Origin: Eledone cirrhosa
Lineage: Eukaryota
Assembly (NCBI GenBank): GCA_964016885.1
Contig: OZ024740.1
Coordinates: forward strand, 265,732,001-265,796,000
Direction: 5' to 3'
Length of the DNA stretch: 64,000 bases
The notes beneath the pieces were generated by a model. That model was given only the letters and a program-made list of their open reading frames with translations, ran no database searches and had not been told where the DNA came from. Within the stretch, counting starts at the first letter, position 1, and each line of letters starts with the position of its first letter. A program made the position numbers and the translations under genes. This document shows positions 63,994-64,000 of this stretch, piece after piece.

Positions 63994-64000
63994 TATATAT

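Overview
AT-rich eukaryotic DNA, intergenic or intronic, full of (TA)n, (CA)n and (GATA)n microsatellites. The SINE families and repeat content suggest a cephalopod such as Octopus, which is an inference. Nearly all long ORFs in the track are simple-repeat artefacts, and at most one 33-nt host microexon candidate is visible. The real coding content is transposon-derived: five Penelope-like element (PLE) bodies (GIY-YIG, some with RT), a near full-length L1/Tx1 LINE plus a separate 3' fragment, an uninterrupted 5'-truncated CR1-type LINE inside a large (TA)n-TGCA satellite, a DD37D maT transposon, CRE-like and RTE-like fragments, Helitron-like ends and tRNA-derived SINEs. The main hidden signal is about 20 hand-folded type I hammerhead ribozyme (HHR) motifs from about 12 sequence families. 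They sit in PLE terminal repeats and in short non-coding asymmetric palindromes (inverted arm, arm, unpaired 3' tail) inserted in (TA)n. Three families have a U3-A8 compensatory core and five share a pyrimidine-pyrimidine mismatch at position 4 of stem II. All folds were done by eye and none is tested.
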